This document shows positions 1 through 14,531 of a stretch of 64,000 nucleotides of DNA, piece by piece. The notes beneath the pieces were generated by a model. It ran no database searches. It was not told where the DNA came from and saw only the letters and a program-made list of their open reading frames with translations. Position numbers and translations under genes: made by a program. The DNA lies in the NCBI GenBank assembly GCA_964234715.1, contig OZ174278.1; one strand, written 5' to 3'. Positions within the stretch are counted from its first letter, which is position 1. Every line of letters begins with the position of its first letter. The stretch comes from Podarcis melisellensis. Its lineage: Eukaryota.

Positions 1-2411
1 ATGAAATGGAAAGCTACAGTAGGTTATAAAAATGTGATGGATGATTTAGGTGGCTGTATTCAGCTGTAAGCAATAAATGCTGAGCTCGGCAAAAACGACT
101 AAAGGCAAAACGCAAGTGATTTACTAGCAATTTAAAGCACATGAGATTTGTAATGCATGAGACCCTCAGGCCCATCACTTCTCTTCAGTAATGGGAAACA
201 ATATTTTGGTGAAAAATAGCACATTTATTTTCAGCTTTGTGCTGTAAACTATAACAGCACCCTAGGTTGAGGGCTTTCCCCTCTTGAAGAAGGAGCTTTT
301 ATGCAACTTATTCAAATATCCAATCCATTTTAGTTTAAACACTTTCCAGTTTATCTCTGATGCTTTTTTAGATGTTACTGCAGTAGCACTGTGAGTGCCA
401 GTAACTTAGGAAAGATCCACATGATCAGGCCCGCCCATCTAGTTGTGGGCTTTTAAATGTTACAGCAGAGCCATGGGATAAATTTACAGTGAAGTGGTTC
501 TCATGGGGCTCTGTTAATGTGTGAAGGGCACTTCTGTCAACACAGGATGATTTATGCAAGCTAACTACCTCAGTTATGTTTTGACAGGGCTTGTCCTTTT
601 TTCTCCACTAACTCAGCACAGTATTTAACACCCACAATATTAGTATCTGATTGAATCTTGCATGAGAATATTTTATTAATATTTTATAAACACAGATGGT
701 CAAAAATTCATTGCCATCACGGGGGGGGGGGAGGAAATGGTTAAGAAAAGAAATGTACTTAGTGTTTTATTTTTATCACAAGAGGCTATAAAAGATGCAG
801 CTTACCCGAGGGTGCATATTGATAGAAAGGGTTTGATCAGTTTGTAAAAAGGACAGCTGTATTTATAGCACTTATGAATGTGTGTTGTATTAGTGTTGTT
901 GTAAGATTTCCTCCTTTTGATTCTACTTTTTTATATAAAAAGTATTTTATATAAATAAGAATATAAGTAAGAATTAGGACAACATTATGATTTGTTCAGT
1001 TGCTATGTTCACCTAAATGTCTCACTTTTAAGTTTCTTGAATCTCTTTAGAGAGTTGTCCTACTTTGAAATGTAATTATTTGGTGTTCTATTATATGTAC
1101 TTGTAAGGATTTATACTTTGTATGGTAAAAAAAGTGTTTATTTTTAACAAGTGATAATAACCAGAGGTGTAACAGAAGCTAGAGTGGGTTTATAGATCTA
1201 GAAATTTGGAAAGAATTTGTTTATTTGTGAGTTTTCAAAACTGGAAGTTAGCAAGGAACAGTCATATAGATCCATGAATCCACCTCATGGGTCTCCTCAC
1301 ACTTTATGAATTTTTTCCTTAGAAAACATTTCCCAAGTAGATGGAAACTAGCAACCTTTATGTATCTCACATTTATACACATAGATTATTTCGTTTTGTG
1401 TATATGAGATGTCACACACTGAGAACCCATAGTCTATTGCAGTCTCCACAGACATCTGCGCAGTGAAGCAGGTACATAGACATGTACAATATATGATCAT
1501 CTAAACATGGGTTCCATTCTTCTTAAAATGCACAATCTATGGTTGTGATCTGTATGATTCTTTTCTAAATTATGACCATGAAAGTACAAGTATCTTTATT
1601 CAATGTTGTTCCATTTACTAATTTATCACTGTCTACATCCATGAAGAAAGAATGAAAATATCAGTTTCTTCCCATAATAGTAAGTCTTCTTATCCAGAGG
1701 CAGCTCAGGTTTTTCTGGAATTGAAGGTAGTGCAGTAAGAGATAATGACTACCTATAACTGACTGCACTGCAGTTAAACAGTTCAGATTCTTGGGCACTT
1801 TAAAACTACCCTTAACATTTCACTCCATGGACTGCTCTGCAGTTCTTAAATTTCTTCCTTATACCTATTCCTCAGTTTCTTGGGCATCAGCTCATGATTT
1901 AAGGAGTGATTTAGACTGCATCTCTTCTCTGCTTAATAGAAAAGATTCTTGCACAATGGCAGCTGAAATCATTCTATATGAAATAATAATACCATTGACA
2001 AAATACAACAAACAGATAAACAGAACATCCATCTCCAAGTGGAAATAAAACTCTAGCTGCAGACATCAAAGAAACCATTTTGTCCATGAGGTTGTTTTTT
2101 CATGTTTTAGGTGGGAAAATTTTAATGTGATAGCTTTTCTTTCAATACTGAGATTGTAAAACAGGCAGAGTTCTCCAGCTTTCTTTCTTTATCATGCCAG
2201 ATATCTCCAGGAAAGGTTCTAGATGGAAATCAGAGGTTGTAAATTAACTCAGCAACACTACAAAAAAGGGCAGGATGTTAAAGTTAAGTTGGGCGTTTTT
2301 CCTTCCCTTTCCTTGGGCTGAACCACTGGAAATGCAAGATTTTCTTGCTTTGTCAATATTAATATTAATATTGCATGTGAGATTCAGCCTACTGTTTGCT
2401 TGTGTGTAAGG

Positions 2412-2490
2412 CATAAGAACATAAGATCGGGCCAGTGGCTCCCCCCCCCCCCCCCGTTCTCACAATGGCCAGCTAGATGTCTATACAGAG
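2412..2490 (-). mobile_element. CR1-type 3' end remnant
   Basis: cataagaacataaga 8-mer tail repeat followed by sequence resembling a CR1 3' end. Confidence 0.45.
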
Positions 2491-2907
2491 TTGCCTGGCT
2501 GGGCTAACATTCCAGCTGTTAGGTGCAACAGCTCCTACCAGGCTCTAATAGGAATAGTTCTCACTCATCCCTACTCTTGTCATCAGAAGTCATCCATGAT
2601 ACAGACACAGCTGGCCACATCAACACTCAGAATATACCTACATTAAATATTATTGAAGGAAGTGCAAGATAACAACTATTAGCACTTGGGAAAGGGAGGG
2701 AAAGGAATGCATGAGCATTGGAAGTGCTAGTAGGCAGGAATATCAGATTTTGCCAATGGCAATATTATGCCCTTTTACTATCAGAAAAGTCACATTTATC
2801 TGTATCACATTTATCTGCATTTCTAGTAACACAAGGCAGAGTTGCTTTAGCAAATCCCGTGTAACAAGTGAGCAACTGTTCTACATTTTAAGCATTACAG
2901 ATAAATG

Positions 2908-3212
2908 CAGGGCTGCCTTAAGCATAAGCAGAGCCGGGGTGCAAAGATCCGCGTGGGACACATACACCCCCAGGTTGCCCTGTCCCAGATTCACAGGAGG
3001 GCGGGGCTGGCCGGCCGCCTCAGCATTTTGCTGGCTCAGTCGCCTCCGAACTCGCGGCACAGAGCCACCCGCAGCAGAACAGCCCACTGCAGCACTCCAA
3101 CCAACGGGCGGGCTCTACCCCGGACGCAACTCTCGGGTCCCGGACTTTCGGCCTGGCACCCCTGAGAGCCCAGTGCCCCATATCCTTGGCGCCTATGGTC
3201 AAGACAGCCCTG
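2908..3212. mobile_element. GC-rich non-autonomous hAT transposon (MITE)
   Basis: TIRs CAGGGCTGCCTTAA / TCAAGACAGCCCTG. 8-bp TSD GATAAATG (2900-2907) / GATAAAGG (3213-3220). GC-rich interior in an AT-rich intron. Confidence 0.85.
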
Positions 3213-6200
3213 GATAAAGGCTTTGATCCTAAGTTGCTCCCAGTGGAAGAGAGGGCGACATTCTTTTGCTGATTACCAATGTTTCCCTAGTCCTCAAAAA
3301 AATCTACTGTAGGGGTTGAGGATTCCTTTGAGACAATGGTGATGTTGGGTCTGGGGTCTGCCAAAACCACCTACCTCCTTCCACTGTGGGAGCTTCCGCT
3401 GGATTAAATCCCTCCTACAAGGAGCCTTCTATATGGAGAAGGCCAATTTAGGATTGAAGCCTATTATCTGGAAAATGCCTAAGCCAGTAGTTTTGAAACT
3501 CTATCTGGCATTTGTAAGCTTATTAAGGATTCCTTGATGAAACAATCACTAAGGACTGACACGTTTCCCTGAAAAAGCAAATTGACCACTATCCACCTTA
3601 AAGTCCTGGGACAGCCTTGAGTGTATCTAATTTCAATTCATGTGGGAGCAGTGACAAAGCCTAAAAGAATTAGCAAGCATCTCCTAAAATGCTCTTGAGA
3701 ATCCTTTGCATCACAGACAGGTCCCTTGACAGATGAATCAATTTGGAAAGAGTTCCCTGAAGTTGGGGGATTTTTAAAGCCATTGCCTTAACATAACAAT
3801 TGTTGCAAGCTTTTCTTTTTTCATTGCTGTGGTATTTTCAGGAATAATCACCCCATTGTGGCTGTATGAAGGATCTAAAATACAGCAGCACGGATATTAC
3901 AACATATAAAATATTGCAACAAGGCTGTGTCAGGAATAGCGGTTTGTCTTTTCAGCTGTGGCTTTTCTCTTTAAATACAGAGTTGGAGATATAATGCTTG
4001 CTCGTTTGTAGTTTAGAAACATGCTTCCTGCTGTCTTGCATAGAAGTCCTGGTGAGCCATCTTGGGACTGGACAGCATTCTCTGTGTGTTGAAAGTTCAC
4101 TTTGAGTCTGTGAGTTAGTCATACTGAGCATATTGGGGGGAAATGGCAAGAACACTCCATCTACAGAAAGTCAAGTTAACTCAGCAATTCAATCCACATC
4201 CTCTGCAATTGTACAAGAATTGCTTAGCCTAGTATGAGTGACCCTAGGAAGCGTGTGATCCCTATTACAAACAAGAAGGAAAAGTTGGATTGACCTCTTC
4301 TATTTCATCAAAGCAACAAGAACTAGAATGGCTCAGGTACAATGGAAGTCTCTATTATGAGTTTTGTACAGAACTCAACACCTTCAGGAAGTTCTGGAGT
4401 AATCAGTAGCAGCTGTAGTGGTGGGAGTGACAGTAACAATATTTAAAGTTACCTCTGTTAACCTCTGAAAGGTTCTCATGGTGTTGTTGTTATTTTTTTG
4501 TATTTAATATTTTATATGTTGTATACCACAAAAGGATAAAACAGGAAAATGGAAAGGTAAAGAAAAAACAGCAAACACATTAACAGAATCCAAAACAGAA
4601 TTAATGTAACATCAGATTTCGCATTCAGCAGGGATTCAGACAAGGCAACAGAAGCAGCGAGCAAAACTGTAAGTGGAAGTTACAGGTTGCAATACAATAT
4701 TAAAACCAATGTTAAATTAGAAGGCAATTGCATAGAATTGACAACCAGAATAGGGTGGGTTCTATAATTATACATATCTCAAGTGTCAAAGTCCTTAGTG
4801 AATAGGTGTGTTTTTTGTTTCATGTGTAACAAAAGCATAACACTTAAGTTTTATGAGAGCAGTTTGGGTGTAGTGTAGTGTAGAAGCAATGGAAGGTGGG
4901 GTGGCTCCCTCTACCTCCCCACCCCCACTACTTTTCCTAAGTAATCCATATACATATTTTGAGATAAAAACACACCTGAAACTCTAGAGAAAAGAAAGGT
5001 ATTTGGATAAAAACTGGATTGGAGGAGCAGTGGGCTAGTGAGGTTAAGGTCAACATTTCTCCTTCATGTGTTCCTCCATGCATTCTCAAAAGCTGTTTTT
5101 CCCTAGGAAGAACATGTAGTTGTAGGTAACATGTAATTAGGCCTTTACAGAGAATATTAAATTGTTCTCTATCTCTAGCTTTGGAGATACCAGTAAAAAT
5201 GGAGTAATATACTACCAAGATACCTGAGGAATAACTTCTTGCAATGAGAGACTGTAGAATGTGCTACAATATTAAGTTTATTAAATGTTCTGGATACATC
5301 ATTAACATTAATAATTATAACTCTGGATAAATAGCAATCCCTCTGAAAGTCAAATTACACACTAAGTGAGAATATAATTGCCTTTAGACATTAAAATTCT
5401 CAATATGCATTGAACATTTCCCTGCAGCTGACATAACGAGGGGGGGGAATCTACTCCTACTATGCCTTTGCATAATATTTTTCTAACACACAATTATATT
5501 CCTGCTATTACTCTCCCTACTTAGGATACAAATCTTAAAATATTCTCAATTAATCTTATGATGATATTTCTTAGACATCCTTGACACTGTTCACCAATGT
5601 CTTCTCTCTATTTTATATATCTGGTCAAAGAGGGACTTGCAAATTTTTACATTCTTTTGTGCAAAAGGTCAACTGCATAATTATAAGAGCTGCCAAATTA
5701 GATTATTTACCTTATCAGTATAAGACTCAGTAGTCTCTTTACATAACTTTTTATCTATTTATTTGAAAGCTTTATATCCCTTTGTCCTCTATGGACCTCT
5801 TTTCTACTCAGCAAGACACAGCATGCTCTTTCTGTCCATGATCCTTAAACCAAACTAATACATAGGCACTGAGTTGTTTTGTTTCCTTCCCATTGTGCAA
5901 GGAGAAAGAGAATAATTTTCTAGTATGTTTTAAAGTTCCTTCCATGAACCCTTTACTACTGGTTGCCTGGCCTTACTGAGGAATTTCCCCTTGCAGGTGG
6001 TTATATGGAAGCAACTGTAGCACTACAGTGCACAGTGTTGTTGCTCCATGGTGCAGTCTGACAAGAGCCATCTCTTTTCTCTTCAGAAAAAAGAAAACCA
6101 GCTTCTAGCTACCTATGTTAAATAGATAGCAACACAGATTTACAATAGCATTGCCTTGTTCTCAAGAACAGCAAAGATGAAGCAATTTCCATTAATTGAG

Positions 6201-9200
6201 AGGAATGAAGAGCTCAGAAAGTGCTGATTAGCTTCAATGTAAAAGGAGCTGGTGGGAGATGTAGTCCAACAGAGGAAACCAGTTGAGGAAAGCTGGTTTA
6301 TAGTAACAAAAAAACAACAACGTTACCCCCAACATCAGACAAGGATGTTCTCCTTTCTTCTAGAGTAGCCACTGGTTGCTTGATAACATTCATACTTCTT
6401 ATAGCCATTTGCAAGAGATCATCTGTTGAGATGGCTGGAAAGTGTGGCTCTTACTAGTTAACCAAAACCGTTATGGGTTTTTGTTCTATTTCTATATATA
6501 AGTAGGACCTGATGCTTTGGAGGAGGCTTGTACAAGGTCAAAATGTTAGGCAGAATGACAAATACCTCCATTACAACAATTTTTCATGTCTTCCAGTACA
6601 TTAAAAAAACCCCAAAAACCTGCAGCTGCATATCACTTCCCTCCCGAGATGCTATGGTTATTTTGGTCTCCTGTTGAGTACGAGTTCATATGTCTTCCTC
6701 CTACACCATGTAAGTCCATATATCTTCCTACTACACATCCGTCAATATTCATATCACATACTGTTGCTCACTCACTTCAGTCGGTTAGGTCTCTGTGAGC
6801 ATAATCCTTTCTTGATTTAGCTAACTTGAAGCAAATTGTGTGTCATATCTGACAACAGCTTTTCCCAGATCATCAAAGTATTTCAGCACCAAAAGCCCGA
6901 TTTATTTCAGTGGGACCTGAAATAGAAGAAATGTGCTTTGAGGGCAAAATTCCCCTCCTCCCACTCTCTCCCCCACCAGGGTCTATTAATAAACCCTGAG
7001 AGTTATTCCACGGTTAACCTTTTGCCATGGTGAAAATTGGCCAATTTATTCTTATTCTTGGTTTCCTGACCCTGTAGCCAGTTTTTGCTAACATAAGAAA
7101 TGTTTCGCCACTAAAAGCATACAAATTATTTGTAATCACTTCTTGTGATCAACTGTACGACAAACTCTCTGAATGCCTACATAATTGACACCAACTAATA
7201 ATCCTTTATATTTGGTGCTTTACTGCAAAATTCAAGCATTTCATTGGTCTAAATACCCCATTTCCCCCATAGAGAGTTGAAATTGCTTGGCTCTTTTCAT
7301 ATGCGATGACAAAAATCTCATCTGCATTCTCTGCTGTTATTTCTTCCTCATGTCAGCAAGCTACATCTTCATCTATTATATAGATTTTTTATTTCTCAAG
7401 ATCCTTGATTATGTATGAAATGCCGTGTCAACCTTTTTCTCTTGCCTTTTTTTGACACTTCTTTTCAAATATAAGCTACAGTCTGAATCTGAGATATATA
7501 ACATGTGTTGACTATATTAAACATCATTCATCCCATTTAAAGGATGTTAAATTTCTTTTGATAGATTGGGGGGGGGGGGGTTCCCAAGTAAAAACAGTTC
7601 CCGAAGGTCAACGGTTTAACCCTTCTTCAGTAAATCACTTTGGTTCCAGGCAAGTTTAACATACATTGGATCTAGAAAACTATACCACATTCCAAATTCT
7701 CATGCCATTTAGAACTATAGGCAGGGTTAATAATAACAACTATACTGCAGGTTAAAATAATAACTCTACCTGTTGGAATAATAGATAAAGATGTCCAGCC
7801 AGCTGTAATGCACATTAAATGAGGACAGGAAAACTGTATTAATAACTCTGGAGAAGTTGTAAATGGCTAGTTTAGGTTATAGCTCATGCTGTGATATTTT
7901 GAGGCAACTGGAAATCCGAGGAGTCAATTTAAGCATTCTTCAATAAAGTATATATCTGTGTATGGGATAGGATTATTGCCATATATAGTTGCCTGCCCTT
8001 CCACTTTCATTACTGTGGTGAAAATTGATACATATATATATTCCTAGTTACCTATTCATTTTCCACCTAACCAGTATTTCAGCTCTAAAGTATATACACA
8101 GTATTAATTAACTCTTGTGATGGACTTTAAAGAAAAATAATTAAAACTGTAAATATTTTACACCAACTAGTACTCCATTTTCAAAAGAAAGAATTCAGTT
8201 CATTTTATTTTGTGGAAATAGAAGGACACGGGAGTAAGGTTTTGCTGATCTCCAGTGTTGTCCCAATGACAGAAGTTTATTTGACCTAGTGCAGAACAGC
8301 ACGGAAGGAATGAGATTTTTGCATATTCAACCTTCAACCTTCCCTGAATCCCCCAGTATTCCCCTAAACAGCCCCCAGAGGGTTGGGGGACCCTTCAGAA
8401 CATTGTAGGAAGTTGTCAGGAGCTGCAGGGGGGGAGGCAAATCAGCTGAAATAGCTTACCTTCCTATTCTACTGATGGGTCCATCTACTGGATCAAAGTT
8501 CACATCAGACCTTGTGAGCAGAGAAGGACCTTTCACTATCAGGCCAGTATAGCAATGGAATAGGGTGGTTATGGAATCTGTGCCCTCAGAAGACTAAAAG
8601 CTAAGGGTGGCAGCATCCCATGATATGTTCATAGCCTATTTCATAACTGAGTGATGCTATGAAACCATATTATGCTATGATAATATGAAACTCATATTTG
8701 AAACCGCATGATGGGTTCATATAATGAAGTAGTGATTTTCATATTATCATTTTATGGCACATAAGTTCCCCTCTTCATAGAAGAGTATTTCTTCCATTGT
8801 GAAGTACTCCAATCCTGATTGCTGACACTTGATGGAAACTTCAGACTCCTACATGATCATCGTGATGGTTATGTGGAAAATCATGGTTGCATAAATCCAG
8901 TCTTCATGTGATATAAGAAGAAATGTTTATAAAGCATAGCATAGGCTATGCTTTGCAGGTAGCATTAAAAGGCAGCTTTGGAAATGTCTCCTGGCTCTCA
9001 TTTGATGCTATCATTCTGAGGAGGAAGGGCCTGCTAAAATGTCTAGAAGCTAATTTCTTTTTTCTGTGCTGTAAGAGAATAGCTCTCTTAATGCAACAAT
9101 AAGGAACCAATTCTTATCTGCCAAGCATTGGAGAGCACGAACTTGACTTCTTTGACACATTCTCTTCGGTAATATATATGTACAAATTGGGTTGGGGTTT

Positions 9201-11569
9201 AACCACAGGAGTTTATGCTCTCTGATAGCCTCTGTGTGAATTGATGTGTCGAGCTGCTTCTTACAAAAACTTGGCATCCTTGTTTAATTTGGCTGTGTCC
9301 AAGTAAATCGGCAGTTGATTCTTCCCCCAGAGAGGGAATTACTTTGGGGCTCAAAATGTGTTATTTTCAACCTTTAGAATCCAAGATAAACTTTGAATTT
9401 GTCTTTGTCTTTGGACATGTACTTAGGTGCATCACAATGTGAATCTGTGCAAGTGTTGCAGTACTACAGTACCTGTAGTGAAGTTCTATTGTGATTTAGC
9501 ATGCACCAGAGATGTGAAAGTAGATAAGTTTTCAAGGCTGAGAAAGGTGAGGGATTGAGGATTACAGAAGAGCTCTCAGAGTGTTCAGAGTTGAGTGGTT
9601 TATTTATTTATTTGATTTTCAGCTTTTGCTTTTTTAAAAAAAAAGTGAAACCAATTATTATTGCAACCAAGAGGGGAAATCATTATGTAAACATAGATGC
9701 TATTAATTTGATGTATTATAAAACTGACATTAGTCTTCTTCAGGGTACGAGTGCACAAGTTTTAGCTCTTATTCTCATTGCCCTTCAGGAGTTGGAGGGG
9801 GACTGTCCGAAGCCAGGTGATAGCTGATGTCAGTCATATTCATAATTGGTCCACTGAAATCAGTGGGTGTATTTTGAGAATGTTTGAGTTGGATATCACC
9901 CATAGAAGGGTCCCACAAATGTTAGAACCCTGTAAAATCAGAGGACAACAGGGAAGAGCGTGTTTGACTCTATGGCTTCGGACCACCTTTATGTTTCCAC
10001 TTAACTCTGAATTTGAACATCTGAAGAGGGCTTTTGTAGTAATTACTGGTATGCTCGAGATCTGTTTCAGCAGAGCAGTTCTTTAGCACAGCACAGTGAT
10101 TGTTCCTGAGATGTTCCCATTCCATGCTCTTTAAAATTTTAGCCTGTCTCTTAGTGACGATGGGTCATCACCTGAGAATTTTGTACTAAAATAGGTTCCT
10201 GACGTATGATTGCTACAACTTTAAAACATGCCTGTTCACCCAGGTTTCTGCTAGGGACTGATCTGAAGTGTGAATTGCAAACTGGTTTTTGTGAATCTGC
10301 TGTTTTACCACATTGTTGTTGTATTTTTTATTTTATTGTTTTTATATTTAAGTCTGTGTTCTGTAACCTCCCCTGGTTTATGAAAAGTGATGCTGGACAG
10401 AATATAGATTCAAGTTATAAATAAAATTAATCGTCACCCCTGGGTTGGATGATGAAAACATGCTCCTCACCTTGCCTGTGAATTAATGCTCTAGCTGTGG
10501 CTTTGTTGCTAGAAACACTGAGTGGGTGGTCAAGACCAAAAGATTACCAGGGTGGGTGGAACTGGATCAGTAATAAGAGGGGCATGGATGTCTGAAGTAC
10601 ATGGGCAGGCTTAGAAAGCTCTTCTGTAGAGACAAAAAAAGAAGGTTATGCTAGGCAAGAGGAAGAGGAGATGAGGCAGCCAATTATCCACCATTTCACA
10701 GAGATCTCCCTTGCTATTGAATCAATTCATAGCTGCTGTTAGAGAAGCAAGAAAGAAGACAAATGGTGATATAGGGAAAACACTTGCACAGATGCTGTGT
10801 ATAACTCCTGGAGACAAAGGACTGAAGATAAATACTCTGTTCTTACAGTGCCTGTCACATACAGTTTCAGTCTTCAGGCTGCAATCCTGTGCACACTTAC
10901 CTGAGAGGAAATATCATTGCACAAGTCTGACTGATTTTTAATTAGGCTATAAATTTAGTTTGAAAACTGATTGACAGAACTGTAGCAACCAAAGATCCCT
11001 GATACTGAATGGTGGAATCCAGCAACAGGGAACTGGCAGGGAGTCAATCCAGAAGTACTGCAGCTAATGTTTTGTGTGGAGAAGGCGAAACCTGAGTCTG
11101 TCTTTGTATGTACAGCTAAAGACATGGCAATATGGACTGGTGATAGATGACAAAGAGGCCTAGGGTGTGGGGAAAGAATAAAGGGTGGGGGGGATCCAAT
11201 CTGAATAAACCCCACCCATCCCTATTGGTACCAATATAGTTGCACCAAAAGGCTGGGTGTGGTCCAGATTTCAGCTGGTGAGAGAACAGATGAACTTCCA
11301 CTCCTTATGCAATGTATTCGCCATGTAAATAACTAAAGAAAAAAACTAAAGAAAAATTAAAAATGTAGCTGGACATTGTGGGTATAGCTTAACGTTGAGA
11401 TAGTGGTTTTTAAACATGTCATACTTTATATTATAAAGAAGACTGAAGCTAAAAATGAATGCTTGTGAGGTTCATAAAAATCATATGAACCAGGGATCAG
11501 CTGACATTAGTGGGAACACAGAGCTGTCATTGCAACTTAAAATGAACTGTTGGAGGGCAATTTTCAGAG

Positions 11570-11740
11570 GGGCAGCCAGTGTTAAACTGCTGCAGCAAAA
11601 ACAACAGGGAGCCTTGTAGCACCTTAAAGACTAAGAAATGTAGTATAGCGTAAACATTTGTGGCCCAGACTCCACAAAAGCTTATGTCATAATAAATTTG
11701 TCGTTCTAAGGTGCCACAAGGCTCTTGATTTATTTTCTTG
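11570..11740. mobile_element. Penelope-like remnant with inverted ends
   Basis: GAGCCTTGTAGCACCTTA (11609-11626) pairs 17/18 with TAAGGTGCCACAAGGCTC (11707-11724). The gcaccttaaagacta motif is typical of reptile Penelope termini. Related pieces at about 13960-14008 and 35700-35795. Confidence 0.6.
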
Positions 11741-11991
11741 GGTGACAAGATTTGTACATGAGAATCAAGTTGATGAAACTTTGACATTCAGAAGCTAATT
11801 TTTAAAGGCGAGTTCCTAGCATAGAACTACACACATTTGCCTCTTCAAGTATGGTACCTGTGTCTCTTAAGATGGATTTAGATACAGAGGGGTGAGTCTA
11901 AAGCATCCATTAGTTCAGTGGAAGGAGATTTTGTTGGAGGAAGTCTCTGACTGGAGAAAAGGAACCTTTGGATCCACCTCAGATTATGTTA

Positions 11992-12125
11992 NNNNNNNNN
12001 NNNNNNNNNNNNNNNNNNNNNNNNNNNNNNNNNNNNNNNNNNNNNNNNNNNNNNNNNNNNNNNNNNNNNNNNNNNNNNNNNNNNNNNNNNNNNNNNNNNN
12101 NNNNNNNNNNNNNNNNNNNNNNNNN
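11992..12125. other. Assembly gap (134 N)
   Basis: Run of N. Confidence 1.
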
Positions 12126-12859
12126 GTGTGTTTTATCTGATAAGTAGGGCACTGAGCGCAAAACTCTTTATCTAGGTCACTGTCAGGGATCATTTAGGAA
12201 ACTAGTATCAGTATTTTAATGGTCCATTGATTGCTTTGACTAATTTTGCACTTTCATGCATGCAGAGATTGGCACAACAAGCTGCATGCCAGGATAAGAA
12301 TAGTAGGTTAATGCAAGCTCTCATTAACCGACATGAAACAATCACAGTGAGAAATGGAATATTTCTGATTAGCACAGTGTCAAGTAAATCTGGCTTTCCG
12401 TTTTGGGAACCAAAGAAGAATCGCTACTTAAGAAGACAGTATTTTTCAGTATTTATCTCACAATGGCTTTTGACACACTTATTTTTACTGGGAGGAAAAG
12501 TGCAGTAACTTCAGTGTCTGGGTGGAAGCTGTTAGTAAATGTTGACATTTTAATGATATCCACTGAATAGGATGTGGAATGTGTGCCTACCGTGAATAAA
12601 TTTGCTTGTTGTCTGAGGCAACCATCAGGAAAAGAAGAAAGGTTGTAGGATTTTTGGCAGGTTCCTTGCAGTATTTAAAATAAAATTACTTAGTTTGTGC
12701 AGCAGAGTATTCAAATTTATGTGACCATGGTCTATATTTCATCTTTAACCCCCTGCTTCATCCCTTCATTTCTCCAATCCATAGTTTTTTCAGAAGAAGG
12801 AGATCTGGAAACAGAATTGTGCTGTCAGAATGAGCATAATAGTGTGATGCTGAATTCCT

Positions 12860-13400
12860 TCCATAGTGAACATACGTGGAGAGCCATAATTCTGGCCATA
12901 TAATATCTATACTGGCTTCCAGTTTCTTTCTGTTTTCCATCCAGGGAGCTGGTTCTAACCTTTAATACCCTAATGGTTGAGGACCAGTGTACTTGGAGGA
13001 CTGTCTTCTCCTCTAGAGACCTGCCCAAGGATTAAGAGGCCCTTCTATGGGTGCCCCCACCAGGGGAAATCAGGCTGGTGGTCAATGCAGAGCAGGCCTT
13101 TTCAGTGGTGGTATCCCATTTGTGAAATGCTCTTCTGCAGCAAGGAAGACACACACCTCAGAAGGCAAATTAATTTTGTTTACCTAGATTTTCAATGCTT
13201 CTTACTTTTACAACCTTATCTTTTTGCTGCTATCTTCACTTTTAAATGTTAATAATATTCTTTCAACTTTCTTTTGCTTCAGCTTTTAATATTTTTTTTA
13301 AAAGTATCTGAATTATTTTTCTGCATTTTGCTATTTTTAATTATTTTGCACATCACTCTTGAATATTTTAATTGTATATAAAATATAAAATTGTATGTAA
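12860..13400 (+). mobile_element. Degraded L2-clade LINE 3' fragment
   Basis: Disrupted YWLPV...LVLTF and aggccttttcagtggtgg (RAFSVV) motifs homologous to the copies at 32.1 and 52.3 kb, then a T-rich 3' tail. Confidence 0.7.
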
Positions 13401-14010
13401 AGTTACATAAAGTATGTTTTGTATGCTAATAGCACAAAGCAGGGGTATGTGTTAGCACACCTCTCCCTTTTTTTAGTGTCATCTTCTCTGCTGAACTGGC
13501 AGATGTTGTTAAGGATGACTAATGAATGTGTCTAGATTCATTTTTGCTCGGATGATGGTAATTTTAACCTCTACTGGTTCAAACCTTTGCTTTATATAAA
13601 GCCAGAAGAAATACTCTGAGCAGATTATCCACAACCTCCTCTTTCCTGGTACCTGTTTTATGATTTATCATTTGGCTGAAGTTGCAGGGGAGTTTTGGCC
13701 AGATAGAAGGAGCTATAGCTTATGGGTGTAAAATACTAGCCATTCATAAAAGCAAATTAAAAATTGGGAGTTATCTAAGTAGAATTTTGAAATAGTCTTC
13801 ACAGAAAAATGATTTTATTATTTATGATTATTTATTTCAAGACTGTGTCACAAAAACTCCTTCCCCCTCATTTGATATTTTGGTGCCAAGCGGCATACTA
13901 CGGTTGAGTCAACATATAATGCAGATGTGTATTCAAAACATTCTTCAGGTAGGGAAGTATAGTCCATAATAAGTATGTTAGTCTTCAAGGAGCCACAATA
14001 GTGCTTCTTA

Positions 14011-14236
14011 CAGTGGTACCTCGGGTTACAGACGCTTCAGGTTACAGACTCCGCTAACCCAGAAATAGTATATCGCGTTAAGAACTTTGCTTCAGGATAA
14101 GAACATAAATCATGTGGTGGCGGTGCAGCAGCAGCGAGAGACCCCATTAGCTAAAGTGGTACCTCAGGTTAAGAACAGTTTCAGGTTAAGAACGGACCTC
14201 CAGAACGAATTAAGTTCTTAACCCAAGGTACCACTG
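14011..14236. mobile_element. Tc1/mariner (Tigger-like) MITE
   Basis: TIRs CAGTGGTACCTCGGGTTA / TAACCCAAGGTACCACTG. TA on the left flank. Internal GGTTAAGAAC repeats. Related to 58436-58666. Confidence 0.9.
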
Positions 14237-14531
14237 TTTTATTTGGCAGAGAATCAGTGGGTAGGTTTTGTTTTATGCTTGGTGTTAGATACCTGGAGTC
14301 AAGAAGGAATTTTCATGAATCATATTGACCAATTATCCCGGAAGATAGATGCTTTCTCCTCAAGAATGTAAGTTCAGCTGTACTACTGGAACTGTCAATT
14401 CCGCAATCACCTCAGGACCAAAGAAGATGTGACTCTAAATGAGTTGTGCACAACTAAGTTCTTTTTAGAGTAGACCAGTTGAAATTAACTAACCTAGGTT
14501 AGCCAAGTTCATTTATTTTAATGGGTCTACT

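Noticed and set aside
2711-3217. 168-aa ORF / CpG-island-like patch
   Set aside because: Explained by the GC-rich hAT MITE with TIRs and TSD. No protein similarity recognised.
3842-3909. Possible alternative terminal exon in intron 6 (tttcag|GA ATA ATC...TAA, GIITPLWLYEGSKIQQHGYYNI*)
   Set aside because: Only an acceptor-like site and a short frame. No nearby poly(A) signal or homology; expected by chance.
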